Shown here one piece after another: positions 28,901-40,343 of a DNA stretch of 64,000 bases. The notes below the pieces were generated by a model that made no database searches, was not told the origin of the DNA, and saw only the letters and a program-made list of their open reading frames with translations. Numbering within the stretch: position 1 is the first letter of the stretch; the number at the start of each line of letters is the position of its first letter. Both the position numbers and the translations under genes were made by a program. The stretch spans positions 25,872,871-25,936,870 of the forward strand of contig NC_092676.1 in assembly GCF_964355755.1 (NCBI RefSeq). Direction: 5' to 3'. The DNA comes from Antedon mediterranea (taxonomy: Eukaryota; Animalia; Echinodermata).

Positions 28901-31900
28901 GGTGTACTAGTACATCACATCCACTGATCATAACTGGGCCCTCTGGGAAACCAGTCTTTGACTGAAGAGGTTGCCCAGTATAAATAAATAATAACAAACA
29001 AACACACACTCTACAGAAGAATGTTATAATGATGTTGCCATACTACTACTACAACTACTAGTCTATGTTGTACCTAAAATTGATTCAAAATAATAATTTT
29101 TCTTTTTCTCCAATAAAGGTCTCCAAATAACCCACCTCCAGCAAACGGTGGAGAAGAATGTGAAGGTGAAGAAGCTGAAAGTCGGGATTGCGATTCCGGT
29201 GTCGAGTGCCCTACCCATTGTGTACATAATGGAATAGTCTACCAAGATGGTGAAAAGGTGTCTGAAGATCTGTGTAATGAATGGTAAGACTTTCTTTCAA
29301 TCTACCTGACATATCTTGTCTATTTTTGTTTAATGTTTATCTATTATTTCAATTCTTCTCTATGTTTGAATTTTTTTTATTTCACATAGTAACGAGTAAC
29401 TCGCCAATTACAGGATGGATAAACTATTCTATAATTTATCATGCTTATAAACTAAATCTCATCTGAGTTGAAAGAGTTGTGAGTAACAACCCTGGCAATA
29501 GGTTAGGATTGAACTCTGGACCTTCAGATTGGAAGGCAAACATGTTAACCACCAAGCTACAGCTCCACTACATTGCTTTATGCCTCCTGTAAAGAATAGA
29601 TAGTAATACTGTAGATAGATAACAATAGATAGATAATAAAGGTAGTTAATTACATTGCATCTTCATTTTCAGTTTCTGTCAGAATACCAAACTCATCTGC
29701 AGCAATAACACTTGTGACGGAGCATGGTCTTCATGGTCACCCTGGTCATGTTGCAATGCAACCTGTGATGGCGGCAAACGCCTGCGCAGCCGATCCTGTT
29801 CCATGCCGTATCCAAGTGGCGGTGGAGCACCATGTAGTTCGGATACGGAGACTGAATTGGAGGATTGTAACACCGAGCCTTGTCCAGGTATGTTTGTCTC
29901 CTGGATGCCTAAATAGCCTAAAGCTTGGTTCCCACTAGAATGTAACACAAGCGTGTTAACCAATGACAAGCGACATAATCCATTACTTGTGATTGATCAA
30001 ATCACTTACGTTGCGTAACGTCCTTGTGTTGCATCTCTAGTGGGAACCAATCATAAGGGATCATGTCGAAAAGTCACTGCAGTAACTATATTTTTTACTG
30101 CAAGATTTTATGAGTTTTTTCAATGTAGAAACTTATGAGGCAGTCACTGCAATAAACAAAGGGTATGGTGACCCACAAAAAAACTGCCAAATAATTGTAA
30201 AACAGGGTAAAATGTAAACAAATGTAGTTACTGCGTAACTGCAGTAGAATAGCTTTTAAATGGTTCGTAAATGAAACTGCAATAAATGTGTATTTTTAAT
30301 TTCTGTTACCTTAGCAAGAATAACAATAATAAAGTAATCTTTTTTCCTTCAGTACATGGTAAATGGTGCGAGTGGGCAGAATGGTCAGAATGCACTGATG
30401 AGTGTGACAGTGGCACAAAGACTCGAGCAAGAGAATGTGAATGCGAGGTTCCGCAGTTCGGAGGTGAAGATTGCCCAGGAGGTGAAGATGCCAGTACAGA
30501 GACCATCAGCTGCAATAACATTGCTTGTCCAGGTAAGTTAGGTTGCAAAAATATAAATAACAACAATTTATATAATATCATCATAAATCATTGCATTGCA
30601 TAAATGAAAGACAGTGCAAAGTAAATAAATGATGCAGGATTACCTAAAATGTCTAGAGGTTCTCCACATTGTTAGTTAAATCAACTGAGTTAACCAAATA
30701 TTTATATTTCGTTTTGTAGTTGATTGTGAATTTTCCGAGTGGAGTGATTGGTCAGAATGTCCTAGAACTTGCGGCAGTTCCACGCAGATTCGTGAACGTT
30801 CTGAGATCGGTCCTTTCAACAGTGGCCAGGAGTGTGAAGGCGCAACGAGAGATATGCAGCAGTGTAATCTACTTGCCTGTGAGAGTAAGTAAACATAATC
30901 ACTGTTATACTATTTTTGTAATATTCTACAGTCTACATTCATTTATTGGCTTTTACCATATAATATTACAGTGTTGTCACAATGAGAACACATAGTAAAT
31001 AAAACACGGAACAAGAGATCAACTCTTTTGAGACACCACTACTCAGAGGATACTTTGTTGGGTTATGAAAGTGTTCCATTAATAAGGATTCTAATGAATA
31101 TCTATAAATTTATGTATTAGTAACTACAGTATCATTTATACACATTATGATATTTTATCATTTTTAGCCTGTGACTATCCATTTATAACTGTCGAGTGTG
31201 CTACGCCATGTGAACGTTCATGCTCAGCCAAGCAGAACGACACTGCTAAGTGTACCGACTCTAATGTGTGCCGAGAGGGATGTCAGTGCCCAGATGTAAG
31301 TTATTAGTGACAAAACTTTAGTCTACAATTTAGTTTTAGATTTTAATTAATAAAAAATGAAGTTTACTTTATGACCAATTGTGTACATGTGCTGGCAAAT
31401 GTTCAAATTAGCAATGGAACTTTATTTTCCATTACTGTTTTTAACTAATTACAAACACTGCTTTTCTTCAATTTATAATATTTTGTTGCTCTGTTTTTTA
31501 GGGTCAGTTTGAAAGCAATGGTGAATGTGTAGAGGAATGTCCTTGCATATATTATGACCCAGTTACAGGTGAAGCTACTGAGTTGAGTGCAGGTGTTGAA
31601 ATTACAAATGATTGTAATTCATGGTAATTACCTTTTCTTTAACCTTTATGTAAAATAGGGATACAGTGAGAAACTGTCCTCATTTTCCTTGTGTTTTACA
31701 TTTTCCATAACGCCTCCACATTCACTGCCACCCTCCTCAAATGATTGACTGGACTTGACTAAAAAATTAGATATTCAAGAAAATAACAAAATCCTCTTAT
31801 ATAATAATTTGGGTTTGTGAATTTTCCATACTTTTTTACTAATACTCCTTTCAATTGAATCTATCTTGTCTAGAGAAACTGTCTTCATCCATTTCTTAAC

Positions 31901-34900
31901 ATTTCACACACAAAATCATTTCTTTTGCTAGAACAAAATAGTGAATTAAAGAGGCATACAATATAGTTAATATTCCTTATTATTAAAACCCTATTATATT
32001 GCAAAATTTTCTTTTCACAGCAAATGCTCTGACGGTCAGTTGGTATGCACTGATGATACTTGTGATGGTAAGATTTGTATTACAATTGCCAACATAATAT
32101 AAAGTCTAAATAGTCTGGGATGAACTTAATAAATTCAAAATATGTTGATTTGAGGAACTGTACTACTTTACTATAGGCTTAGAGTGGGTTATAGTGATGT
32201 TGTTAAAATAAGTAGCTCAGTTTATGAATAGCTGTAAGCTCTGTCTACACTATCAAACTGTAAAAAACAATGTGATGTGCCCATATATGGACATAATGAT
32301 GTCATATCACTACCATAGTTTGGCAGCACATCACAATTTTGTCAAAACTAGTTAGTGTAGACAGAGCTTTATACATGCCAAAACTGCTCATAGTTTTGTT
32401 TGTAAAACTAATACTTAGCTTTCCTAGTTATTCATAAAGGCTATTTCTTCTTTCAGTCGTTGGACAATGGAGTGAATGGGGAGCGTGGTCATCGTGTACC
32501 ACCTCATGTGGTGAGGAGGCTACTCGCGCCCACTACAGATCGTGCAACAACCCTCTCCCAAGTCCATCATTTGAGGAAGGTGGCAGTGGATGTGGAGGCG
32601 TTACGGAAGATGTAGAACATGAGGAATGTGATCATTTGCCTCCTTGCCCAAGTAAGTCTGGGAATATATAGAGCATGTGTTTTATGTTGTTGCTTTGAAC
32701 AACAAGAAATCCCATGAAAATAATTTCTTGAACTTGCTTGCTGTGTGTGACACAAAGAATGGCCTTTCAAAAAGTTCAGTCAATCAGTTGTGTATTGGAG
32801 GTTCTGCTCCTCATGGCCTAGTCTTGCAGCATCAACATCGTGTTACTGGTGCATATAAAGAAATATTCACTTTACAATGCAACTATTATTAATCAAAGTT
32901 TCCATTTTATCATTAGTTGATTGTGGATATACTCAATGGTCCGATTGGGGAACTTGTAGTGCGCCATGTGCCGGTGGCATTCAAACACGTACACGATCTG
33001 GCGGAAATCCTTCAGCTCAATATGGAGGGTTATTCTGCAGAGAAGACCTTACACAGAGTAAAGCATGCAACATTGAAGCCTGCCCCGGTAAGTAGATACT
33101 ATTGTTTTAATAATAATCTTAAGCTCTGTCTACACTATCAAACTAGTTTGACAAAAAAAAGTGTCATGTGCCCAAATATGGTAGTGATATGTCCAAATAT
33201 GGTAGTGGTATGACATCATCATGTCCATATATGGGCACACCACAAATGTGGTCGCATAAAGTTTGATAGTGTAGACAGAGCTTTACTTTATGTTATTCAA
33301 ATTTCGACACAAACAACACGGCTACAATATCTTATTAAACATTTAACGTTTTACTAAACAGGAGAAAGTTGTGAAGACAGTGGAAAAGTGTACAGTGAAT
33401 GTGCTAATTCTTGCAATCGAGGTTGCGTAGATCTTCACAATGACGCATCATGCCTTGAGGAAGTCTGCAAACCTGGATGCCAATGTCCAGACGGTCAAGT
33501 TCTTCAGAATGCCTATTGTGTGCCGACCGAGGAGTGCCGATGTTCTTTGCCGAAGGAGTATCTTAAGCAGTATGGTGATACTGATGAGAGTTTGTTGACT
33601 GGTAGCGGAGAAAATGGTGCGTTCCTGCCAAATGATACAATCATGATGGGTTGTAATGAATGGTATGTTATGTTTCATATAAAAGTAATAATAATAATAT
33701 TATGTTTTGGAGCATACTTGGTTAGAAATGTGTGCCATTGTATTTTGGTATGATGTTCTTTGTTTCACACTGATATGCAAGATTCTCAATGTATTTTTCC
33801 TGTAGCTTTTTTACAATTTACAGGGTTAAGTACACATTGAGTGTTTTCTCTTGGACAAAACATTGTATTCAAGATAATGCAATAATGTAAAATTGTGTTC
33901 GTAATAACTACTAATTAAAATTGTACTATACTCTATATTTTAAGGTCATACTCACGTTCTAACTTTCATTTATTAGTACATGCATAGAAGGTCGGTTTGA
34001 ATGTGGCGACCATACTTGTCCATACTATGGTGATTGGAGCGAATGGAGCCAGTGTACCGAAGACTGCAACGGAGGTACGCAATCACGTACACGAACATGC
34101 TTCAATGAACTAGGTGATGAGTTTGATTGTGAAGGACCAAGTTCAGAAGTGGAGAAATGTAATCAAGACCCATGTCCACGTAAGTATTAATTGGAATAGA
34201 ATAACATTGTCAAAACTTTCTTTGTATTAGGCGTTTTTTCCTTTCCTTATGGAACTGTTCAATAGTATTTTTATTTTATTCAATTTTCAGGCAGAAACAA
34301 CAACATATAATACATGACAATGGTGCAGCACCCTGTGGATTGCCAAGAGTGCTAAGCACTATCGAATTGGCTCTCCATAATGCATTTCAAACTATAAAAG
34401 TAAAACATAAAAAAAAATACATAATATATAAAAAATTGGAAAAAAAAACAAACAAAAAACAGTGTCAAAATTGAACAATCATTAAAAACTGTAATGTTTT
34501 ACTTACTTTACAAAACTTTTTTTTAAAATGTTTTTAGAGGATTGTGAATATTCTGACTGGAGTGATTGGTCTGAATGCAGTGAGGAGTGTGACGGAGGTT
34601 CTTCATCGCGTATTCGGGTCATTCAGACACCAGCAGCTAATGGTGGTGAACCATGCTCTGAAGAAACCAATCAACTCCACAACTGCAACCTCGAACCATG
34701 TGGTGGTAAGTCATTTAGCTACTTCTATAACACTTAAAGTTACGAATATTTTATTTATTACTCATTTTGTCACTGTTTCTGTGTCACAGATGATTGTCCC
34801 GCTGGTTTGGTAGATGATGACTGTGCCAATCGATGTCCAAGCACATGCTCCGATTTGCACGATGATACTACATGCTCATTGGACGAATGCCTTCCAGGCT

Positions 34901-37900
34901 GTCACTGTCCTGGCGATCAGGTGAGCTTCACAACTCATAGCTACAATTGACTGGGATAATAAAGGGTTATCCATTTAACCCATAAAAATCTCTTTTCTTT
35001 TATTTTAAATGTGTGTATCTATTTGTTTATTAACTCTCTTATAAACTTTTAGAATAATGTCTTGTAGTGTGATATCAAATGTAATATAATGTTTACTTTA
35101 CAACTCATAGCTACAATTCTAAACTGGGATAATAAAAGGGTTATCTATATAACCCATACAAATGTATGTATGTATCTATCCATTTGTTTATTTAATCTCT
35201 TATAAACTTTTAAAATAATGTCTTTTAGTGTGATATCAAATGTAATATAATGTTTCTTTTATAGATCCTTCAAGATGGGGAGTGTGTATACCCAAGTAGC
35301 TGTCGCTGTGTTGTCGATATATCAGTTTTTGGTGAAGATCTTCCTGATATTCCTGCTGATGTCACACCAGTAGTGCTCCCAAATGGCCGCCTAGAGTTCC
35401 TGCCAGGTACAGTCTTGCAGAAGGAATGCAACACTTGGTAAGAAAAGTATTAGTTAAGCCTTCCTTTATCAGAACACTCTTGTTCTTCTTCTTTATTGTA
35501 TCAAACAAAAACAATTTCAATACAAAAGGTAGCCAAGATATAGCCAAAGCTAATCAAGCTTGGTACCTTTTATCTTATCTAACTTAAGCTACGAAATTAA
35601 CAAATAAATAACAGAACTTAAAAGAAAATAAAAATTTGATAACGTCAAAAACAAAACAAAAAATTTTGATTAATAAATAAATAACATAACATAACATAAA
35701 GTGCTGTATGTACTGTACTGTAATAAACAAAACCATATCAGTTCAATAGATAATATCTGATGAATTAACAATTATTATATAAAACATTGTAAATTATAGA
35801 TTATTCTTTTATATACTTAAATAAAAGTAATTCTTTAAGTTGTTTAGAGAAAGCAAATCTAGATGTAATATCTGATGAATTAACAATATATAAAACATTG
35901 TAAATTATAGATTATTCTTTTATATACTTAAATAAAAGTAATTCTTTAAGTTGTTTAGAGAAAGCTAGATGTAATTTTTCGTAATTCTAAAGGTAAATCA
36001 TTCCAAATAACAACACCAGAAAAAGAAATTCTAAATCGTCCACAATTAATACGACACTACAAACTTTATATAAAAAAAATGTGATGTGGGCATATATATG
36101 GATATAATGTCATTTAACTACCATATTTGGGAATATCACTACCATATTTGGGCACATCACACTCTTTTTGTCAAACTAGTTTGATGGTGTAGAAAGAACT
36201 TTATATTAACTTGCCCAAAAAATGCTTAAAGGTGCTTTCACACTATCTTTGGGTGATAATGGACAATTTGAAAAATGAAAGATGCACTCTCTTCTGTTCA
36301 ATTATAGGTCATTGTAATATCTCTATGGTTCCATAATTTGGATAAGCTTTGTAGGAACATGTCACAGAGAAATTGTGTGGTTTTCTATGATTTTGCTGTT
36401 TACTAACAAGTAAAATCATTTTGTTTTCAGCACTTGTGATGGTGGATCTTTCCAATGTACAGAAGCGGATTGCCGAGGTAATTTTCATAATTTATTTGTT
36501 TCCATTTTTTCCAAGTTTTGAAGCTATTAGAATTTCATACAGTTCTATTATATTGATTTTTGTACTGTATCTCACAATCTAAAAAAAATTGTTTTTACAG
36601 TTGACTGCGGTCTTAGCGATTGGACTGAATGGGGACAATGTTCTGCAACCTGTGGCGAAGGCGTTAAAACCCGTACACGTACTGCGGACAATCCGCTCCC
36701 ACAGTATGGTGGTATGGAATGCCTTGGTGATCTTATTGAAACTGAAGAATGCGATGATGCTCCATGTTGTAAGTTAAACAAAGTTATGCATAATTTTACC
36801 ATATATGGTACTGCAGAGATATCTGCCCCAGATTGTTTTTCAAATGTAGTTGAAAACCTTCCTAGTACAATTCTGATTATTTTGATACCTCATGTGTATG
36901 GATGCGTGTAATAATAGCAAACATTTGTATAATGAATGAACATACACATTCTTTCTCTTATAGTATAGATATTCATTTACTCAATTTCATCTTTTATTCA
37001 TCTTTTATTTGAGTCAGGGTAAGGGTTACTGACTCACTTGTTTCAGGCTACTACACAATCTCTCCACTTCTTCCTGTTTTGTGAATCATGTTCCAACTTT
37101 CCTACTTTCTTTCTTTACCATATCTTTCCATGTCACCTTTGGCCGTCATCTTTCTCTTCTACCTCCAACTTCTTAAATATCAATCTTTCTTTGCTGGTTC
37201 ATCTTTTCTTAGATTTACCATCAAGCTAATTTTTAAGATATAAAGTTGATTTGATTTTTAACTATCTTTTACTCTTTTTATTATAAGTGTGTGGTGAAAA
37301 TGAGGTGTGGAGCAATCAGGCCACAAACTGTACTTCAACGTGTGCAACCATGCATAACAACATAGAGGTGATGATTGAGGAACCATTCCAAGCTTGCATG
37401 TGTGCTGCAGGATACTACCGCAATCTAGATGACGTTTGTGTCTTGCCTACCCAGTGCGAGTGCATGGACAAATCTGGTAAAATATATGATGCTGGTTCGG
37501 TGACGCCGTCTGAAGATCAGTGCGAGACTTGTGTTTGCGTTAACGGACGCGAGGAGTGCACTTCCAACTGTCCGGAACCACCAGTTTGTCAAGAGGTAGG
37601 TTTTATCATTTTATTGAAGTATTTAATGAATTGAGGATAAAATACACATTTTCTTTAAAATACATACAGTTAACCTACATAAAAGTAACGCTTAAATTGA
37701 ATTTTTTTTTTCAGGGTTTCACATTAGTAGAAGAGCCAGATAGTTGTTGTCCAGTGTGTCGAGAAGTATACGGTAATTTAGTTTTTAACATTTAAGACAC
37801 TTAAGATTTTTATTATAAAAACTATTATTTAATTTTATATTTATTGTATATTCAATTATCTGGAACCAATCAATTTTCCATATTATTTCATATTATTTTT

Positions 37901-38319
37901 ATTTTATTTTATTATTATTATTTCATGTATATTGGCCAGAATAAAGTATTGCATTGTATAGATTAAATTTCAAAAGCATCTAGCTCACTCAAATCATTTT
38001 TGTAATATTATTTTTTATTTTAGAGCCTGGAACATGTAAGATGATCGAACAAGTTATAGATGTAGAAAACGAGCAAGGTTGCGTCGCGTACGATGTTCCG
38101 GTTACAATGTGTGATGGACGTTGCAAAACCTCTACAACCATTCTACTTCATGAGCCCTACATTCAATATAATTGTGAGTGTTGCCGTGGAACATACGAGG
38201 GCGATGAGAACAATGCGTATGATCGTATTGAACTGACGTGTCCAGATGGATCAACGACAAGAGCAGTCATTGCACGTATTACTAAATGTGATTGCTCCCC
38301 AGAATGCGGCAATGAATAA
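100..38319 (+). CDS. SSPO: SCO-spondin-like giant secreted glycoprotein with mucin (PTS) inserts; 5'-partial, 42 exons in window
   Basis: Hand-spliced GT-AG exons: 100-227, 576-685, 946-1089, 1468-1561, 1920-1966, 2705-2818, 3154-3267, 3511-3630, 4250-4363, 4832-4945, 5364-5480, 7435-9009, 9244-9474, 9576-10712, 10859-11017, 11433-11480, 11667-25430, 25568-25690, 25982-26836, 27164-27337, 27513-27680, 28064-28307, 28657-28782, 29119-29283, 29673-29887, 30353-30532, 30720-30884, 31168-31295, 31502-31623, 32021-32067, 32457-32651, 32917-33087, 33362-33662, 33977-34179, 34538-34705, 34790-34920, 35265-35437, 36431-36477, 36601-36768, 37288-37595, 37715-37772, 38024-38319. Phases are compatible throughout and the sum is 23,061 nt (divisible by 3), ending in TAA. 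The order C8/TIL-LDLa-FA58C-LDLa-TSP1/TIL/VWC-CTCK is the SCO-spondin architecture. Orthology is inferred from architecture and motifs, not from a tree. Confidence 0.88.
1136..1294. mobile_element. PIF/Harbinger-type MITE family 1, copy 1
   Basis: Termini AGCTCT(A/G)TCTACACT...AGTGT(T/A)GACAGAGCT flanked by TAA/TTA, ~160 bp. Six related copies lie in this gene's introns. Confidence 0.75.
1640..1838 (+). mobile_element. Dispersed SINE-like repeat family 2, copy 1
   Basis: aagaacctagtacatc...ccactgatcataactggg...gactgaagaggttacccagtataaataaata recurs at 28822-29005 (+) and 4383-4590 (-). Confidence 0.65.
2377..2670 (+). mobile_element. tRNA-derived SINE with V-SINE-like core and L2-type tail
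   Basis: The head has A/B-box-like GAGGCGCAGTG...GGTTTGAACTC. The core is ctctccacccaggtgtataaatgagtacc. The tail is gtaaagcgcctttgag...aaaagggcgctatataaat followed by (att)n. Confidence 0.7.
2705..5480 (+). CDS. Exons 6-11: six LDL-receptor class A repeats, one per phase-1 exon
   Basis: Examples are [35 protein letters not shown] and [37 protein letters not shown]. Exons are 114-120 bp with AG/GT boundaries. Confidence 0.92.
2904..3061. mobile_element. MITE family 1, copy 2
   Basis: tgtctacactatcaaact...gtgatgtgcccatatatgga...tttgtcaaactagtttgatagtgt...gagct. Confidence 0.7.
4383..4590 (-). mobile_element. SINE-like family 2, copy 2
   Basis: Reverse complement of 1640-1838 (tatttatttatactgg...gatgtactaggttctt...gagctagatgtgtacact). 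Confidence 0.6.
5507..7083. mobile_element. Non-autonomous TTAA-targeting DNA transposon (Kolobok-like)
   Basis: TTAA|AGGGGGATTCTGGGTTTAAAAT...ATTTTAAACCCGGAACCCCCCT|TTAA gives a 22-bp TIR with 2 mismatches, a TTAA TSD and purine (AG) termini. No transposase ORF was seen. Confidence 0.75.
7087..7251. mobile_element. MITE family 1, copy 3 (opposite orientation)
   Basis: agctctgtctaca...tcaaactagtttgacaaaaaaaagtg...ccatatatgggcacatcac...gtagacagag. Confidence 0.7.
7435..9009 (+). CDS. Exon 12: Thr-rich hexapeptide repeat (TTGA[E/Q/A][L/Q/H]) followed by an LDLa repeat
   Basis: ORF 7374-9020. Acceptor ttttag at 7434 and donor gtaaat at 9010. The 18-bp unit is accaccggagctgaacaa, and the exon ends with [13 protein letters not shown]...[10 protein letters not shown]. 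Confidence 0.9.
7470..8870 (+). repeat. Coding 18-bp minisatellite (accac[t/c]gg[a/t]gc[t/a][g/c]aac[a/t]a)
   Basis: Directly visible tandem array encoding TTGAEQ-type hexapeptides. Confidence 0.95.
9244..11480 (+). CDS. Exons 13-16: LDLa, 1.1-kb PTS octapeptide repeat exon, LDLa, short linker
   Basis: 9244-9474 encodes [14 protein letters not shown]...[10 protein letters not shown]. 9576-10712 encodes [16 protein letters not shown] repeats. 10859-11017 encodes [13 protein letters not shown]...[10 protein letters not shown]. 11433-11480 is a linker. Confidence 0.88.
11119..11302. mobile_element. Fold-back MITE-like element
   Basis: gtcagatgttttgc...ctgac.taatttgtac...aagtacattga pairs with tcaatgtactt...gtacaaatta.gtcag...gcaaaacatctgac. 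Confidence 0.6.
11667..25430 (+). CDS. Exon 17 (13,764 bp): FA58C/discoidin domain fused to a ~4,400-aa PTS tandem repeat
   Basis: ORF 11690-25435 (4581 aa). The N-terminus [21 protein letters not shown]...[17 protein letters not shown]...LRTELLGC is an F5/8 type C domain, followed by [16 protein letters not shown] repeats. Acceptor ttttacag at 11666 and donor gttaat at 25431. Confidence 0.88.
12330..25385 (+). repeat. Coding minisatellite of two 24-bp units (acaacaggacagccatcagctgt[a/t/g] and acaacagctctaccaccaacatca)
   Basis: Directly visible over ~13 kb. The same units also fill 9590-10712. Confidence 0.97.
25568..26836 (+). CDS. Exons 18-19: tenth LDLa repeat and a degenerate Thr-rich (TTGxxx) exon
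   Basis: 25568-25690 encodes [36 protein letters not shown]. 25982-26836 overlaps ORF 26026-26841. Confidence 0.85.
27164..37772 (+). CDS. Exons 20-41: 11 thrombospondin type-1 repeats interspersed with TIL and VWC-like modules
   Basis: WxxWxxC...C..G...R.R motifs occur in exons starting at 27164, 27513, 28657/29119, 29673, 30353, 30720, 32457, 32917, 33977, 34538 and 36601. TIL motifs (C...CxxxC...CxxGCxCP) start at 28064, 31168, 33362, 34790 and 37288. Confidence 0.9.
28822..29005 (+). mobile_element. SINE-like family 2, copy 3, with A-box-like head
   Basis: Head gtggccaaatggttaag, then the family body and an (aata/aaac) tail. Confidence 0.6.
29390..29566 (-). mobile_element. tRNA-derived SINE fragment
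   Basis: The minus strand begins ggagctgTAGCTTGGTGGttaa...gaGTTCAATCC (A and B boxes), followed by a non-tRNA body. Confidence 0.55.
29922..30050. mobile_element. Harbinger-like MITE family 3
   Basis: TIR agcttggttcccactaga...tctagtgggaaccaa. Related rearranged copies are at 52620-52930 and a fragment is at 48325-48372. Confidence 0.6.
32237..32368. mobile_element. MITE family 1, copy 4
   Basis: agctctgtctacactatcaaact...agtgtagacagagct. Confidence 0.75.
33122..33282. mobile_element. MITE family 1, copy 5 (best preserved; TTA target-site duplication)
   Basis: Perfect TIR AGCTCTGTCTACACTATCAAACT / AGTTTGATAGTGTAGACAGAGCT, with TTA at 33119-33121 and 33283-33285. Confidence 0.85.
36054..36200. 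mobile_element. MITE family 1, copy 6 (degenerate)
   Basis: ccatatttgggcacatcacac...tgtcaaactagtttgatggtgtagaaagaact. Confidence 0.6.
38024..38319 (+). CDS. Terminal exon: C-terminal cystine knot (CTCK)
   Basis: TCKMIEQ...GCVAY...MCDGRCK...NCECCRG...TCPDG...[11 protein letters not shown]. It has 11 Cys with CxGxC and CxC spacing, as in mucin and vWF CK domains. Confidence 0.9.
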
Positions 38320-38538
38320 ATATATCTGGTAAGCTATACTTTGATACAGAGATACTGTAGGCCTACGTAAGCATGGTGTTTGTTATTGTTGATTGTTTAG
38401 CAATGCACTAACAACACGAGGCATATTTCTCCAGATTACAATAGTCATAGCTTAAAGTTCGGACATATATTTCCATTCATCTTTCTGCTATTAATATATA
38501 CTTTACTTCTTTTTGATAAAATAATAATAATTTATTGC

Positions 38539-38544
38539 AATAAA
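38539..38544 (+). promoter_or_regulatory. Possible polyadenylation signal of the SCO-spondin-like gene
   Basis: AATAAA ~220 bp after the stop codon. The context is AT-rich, so a chance match is possible. Confidence 0.3.
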
Positions 38545-40343
38545 AAAAAAAACCAAAATATATACAAAGTTTAATATTTGTTTAATTTATTTCTGAATGA
38601 AAAAAGAATCACATAAAGAGAATATTTATTTAATTTGACCGAAGTAATATCTTTGTTTTAAAATAATTTTAACCAAATAATATTGGCCAATATATTCTAT
38701 TACTGTATGAAAAATCATTAAGAAATAGATTCCATAACAATTGTATTGTAAAAAAAACAAAACATAGAGGTTTGATTTTAATGACGTGCGCTGAGGTAAA
38801 TATATTCCCTGGAACAAAACATCATTCCCGAGGGAATGTCAAATCTTATATTTAACCTCTAAGCAGGCAAAAGCTGTATAATATCAATACTATTTTGTTT
38901 TATAGGTGTTATATATACCAAGGACCTGAATGATGTCTTCCAAAAACTCTGGACAAACTCTTGGATTAGTCTACTCCTATAGTTTATAGATTAAAACAAT
39001 TTGATTTCAAATTATTTGATATAAGCTCTGAAGCATTAAAGCAAGTAAAAAAGTATGTTTTGTGTTTGTCATTTTGTTGCTTGTTACTAACACACATCAT
39101 TGTAAGTAATACACTGCATCAGTATTTTAACATGTAGCAGATAAATTCACACAAAATTTCTTTTTTACAACTACATATACTACTAATAAATATTCGAAAA
39201 GTTTAGTTTTTTTCCATTTGAAAGCTTGTTACTAGCACATACAGCTGCTAACATAATTGTACGTAATATATGTGTCAGTGTGTTCACATCTAGCAAGTAT
39301 TATATCATTGTACGCAATTGCATCAGTCTTTTAACTTGTAGCAGATAATTTCACACTAAATTGTTTAAATATACTACTAATATACGAAAAGTATGATTTG
39401 TTTTTGTCATTTTTTTGCTTGTCACTAACATACACATACAGCTGTTAACATCATTGTACGTAATACGTTGCATCAGTGTTTTAACATGTAACAGGTATTA
39501 TATCATTGTACGCCATTGCATCAGTTTTTTAACTTGTAGTAGACAATTTCACACTGAATTTTTAAAATATACCACCTGTACTAAGTTAAAATATTGTTTT
39601 AAGCATTTACAGGCCGTGCACATACATAATAATTGATAAGGTGTACTTTCTTGCCCACAAGGTTTATTGCAAATACCGTGCGCGACGCATGGTGGGAAGG
39701 AACAAATCACGTACGTACGCGTCATAACGTTTGCTCCCGAATCCTTCCCATCATGCATTGTGCAATGACGATCCTCGTGAAATCAAGTTATTTGCGATAA
39801 ACCTTATTACGGCAAAAATATTACAAATGATGGTGCTATACTTTTACTATGGTTCAACATTAATTTACAATTGACCAGTACATTCTTTGTTTGTTCACAA
39901 CAAAAGCAATATTTTAGACGATCATATCGTTGTTATGTCACTACTAACAGCCAAACCAAATAAGATGTATTACCCCCCCCCCCCCCCCCCCTTCATGAAA
40001 ATGAATAGAGTATTTAAAACAAAAAACCTGAATAGGCCAATTTCGTAGAAAATAAAAACTAAAAAAAAATAATGTTTTCACTTATAAAGGGACAGCCAGT
40101 CAATTAAGACTATTTTTGTTTTAAGGTCAATAATTTTTTCCATTCAATTTTTGGTCAAAGTGAATAACTATTTATGTGACATTGAAATGGCATTTTCAAC
40201 AAAAACATTTAAAAACATTATTTTTTTCAGAGAGACAATATATATCTTTAATGTACATGCTTAGCTAGATCGACAGAATATGCTATGTCTTTCACTCTGA
40301 AGAGAAGGCCTAGTACAGTATGTGAGATTCAGTAAATAACAAC

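Noticed and set aside
29490-29566. tRNA gene (also the head at 2377-2450)
   Set aside because: A and B boxes are present, but there is no convincing acceptor stem or cloverleaf and the sequence runs into a SINE-like body.
34928-35965. Local intronic duplications (~170 bp at 34928-35260 and ~115 bp at 35750-35965) and imperfect repeats at 39050-39590
   Set aside because: Non-coding AT-rich tandem duplications with no duplicated exon or recognisable motif.
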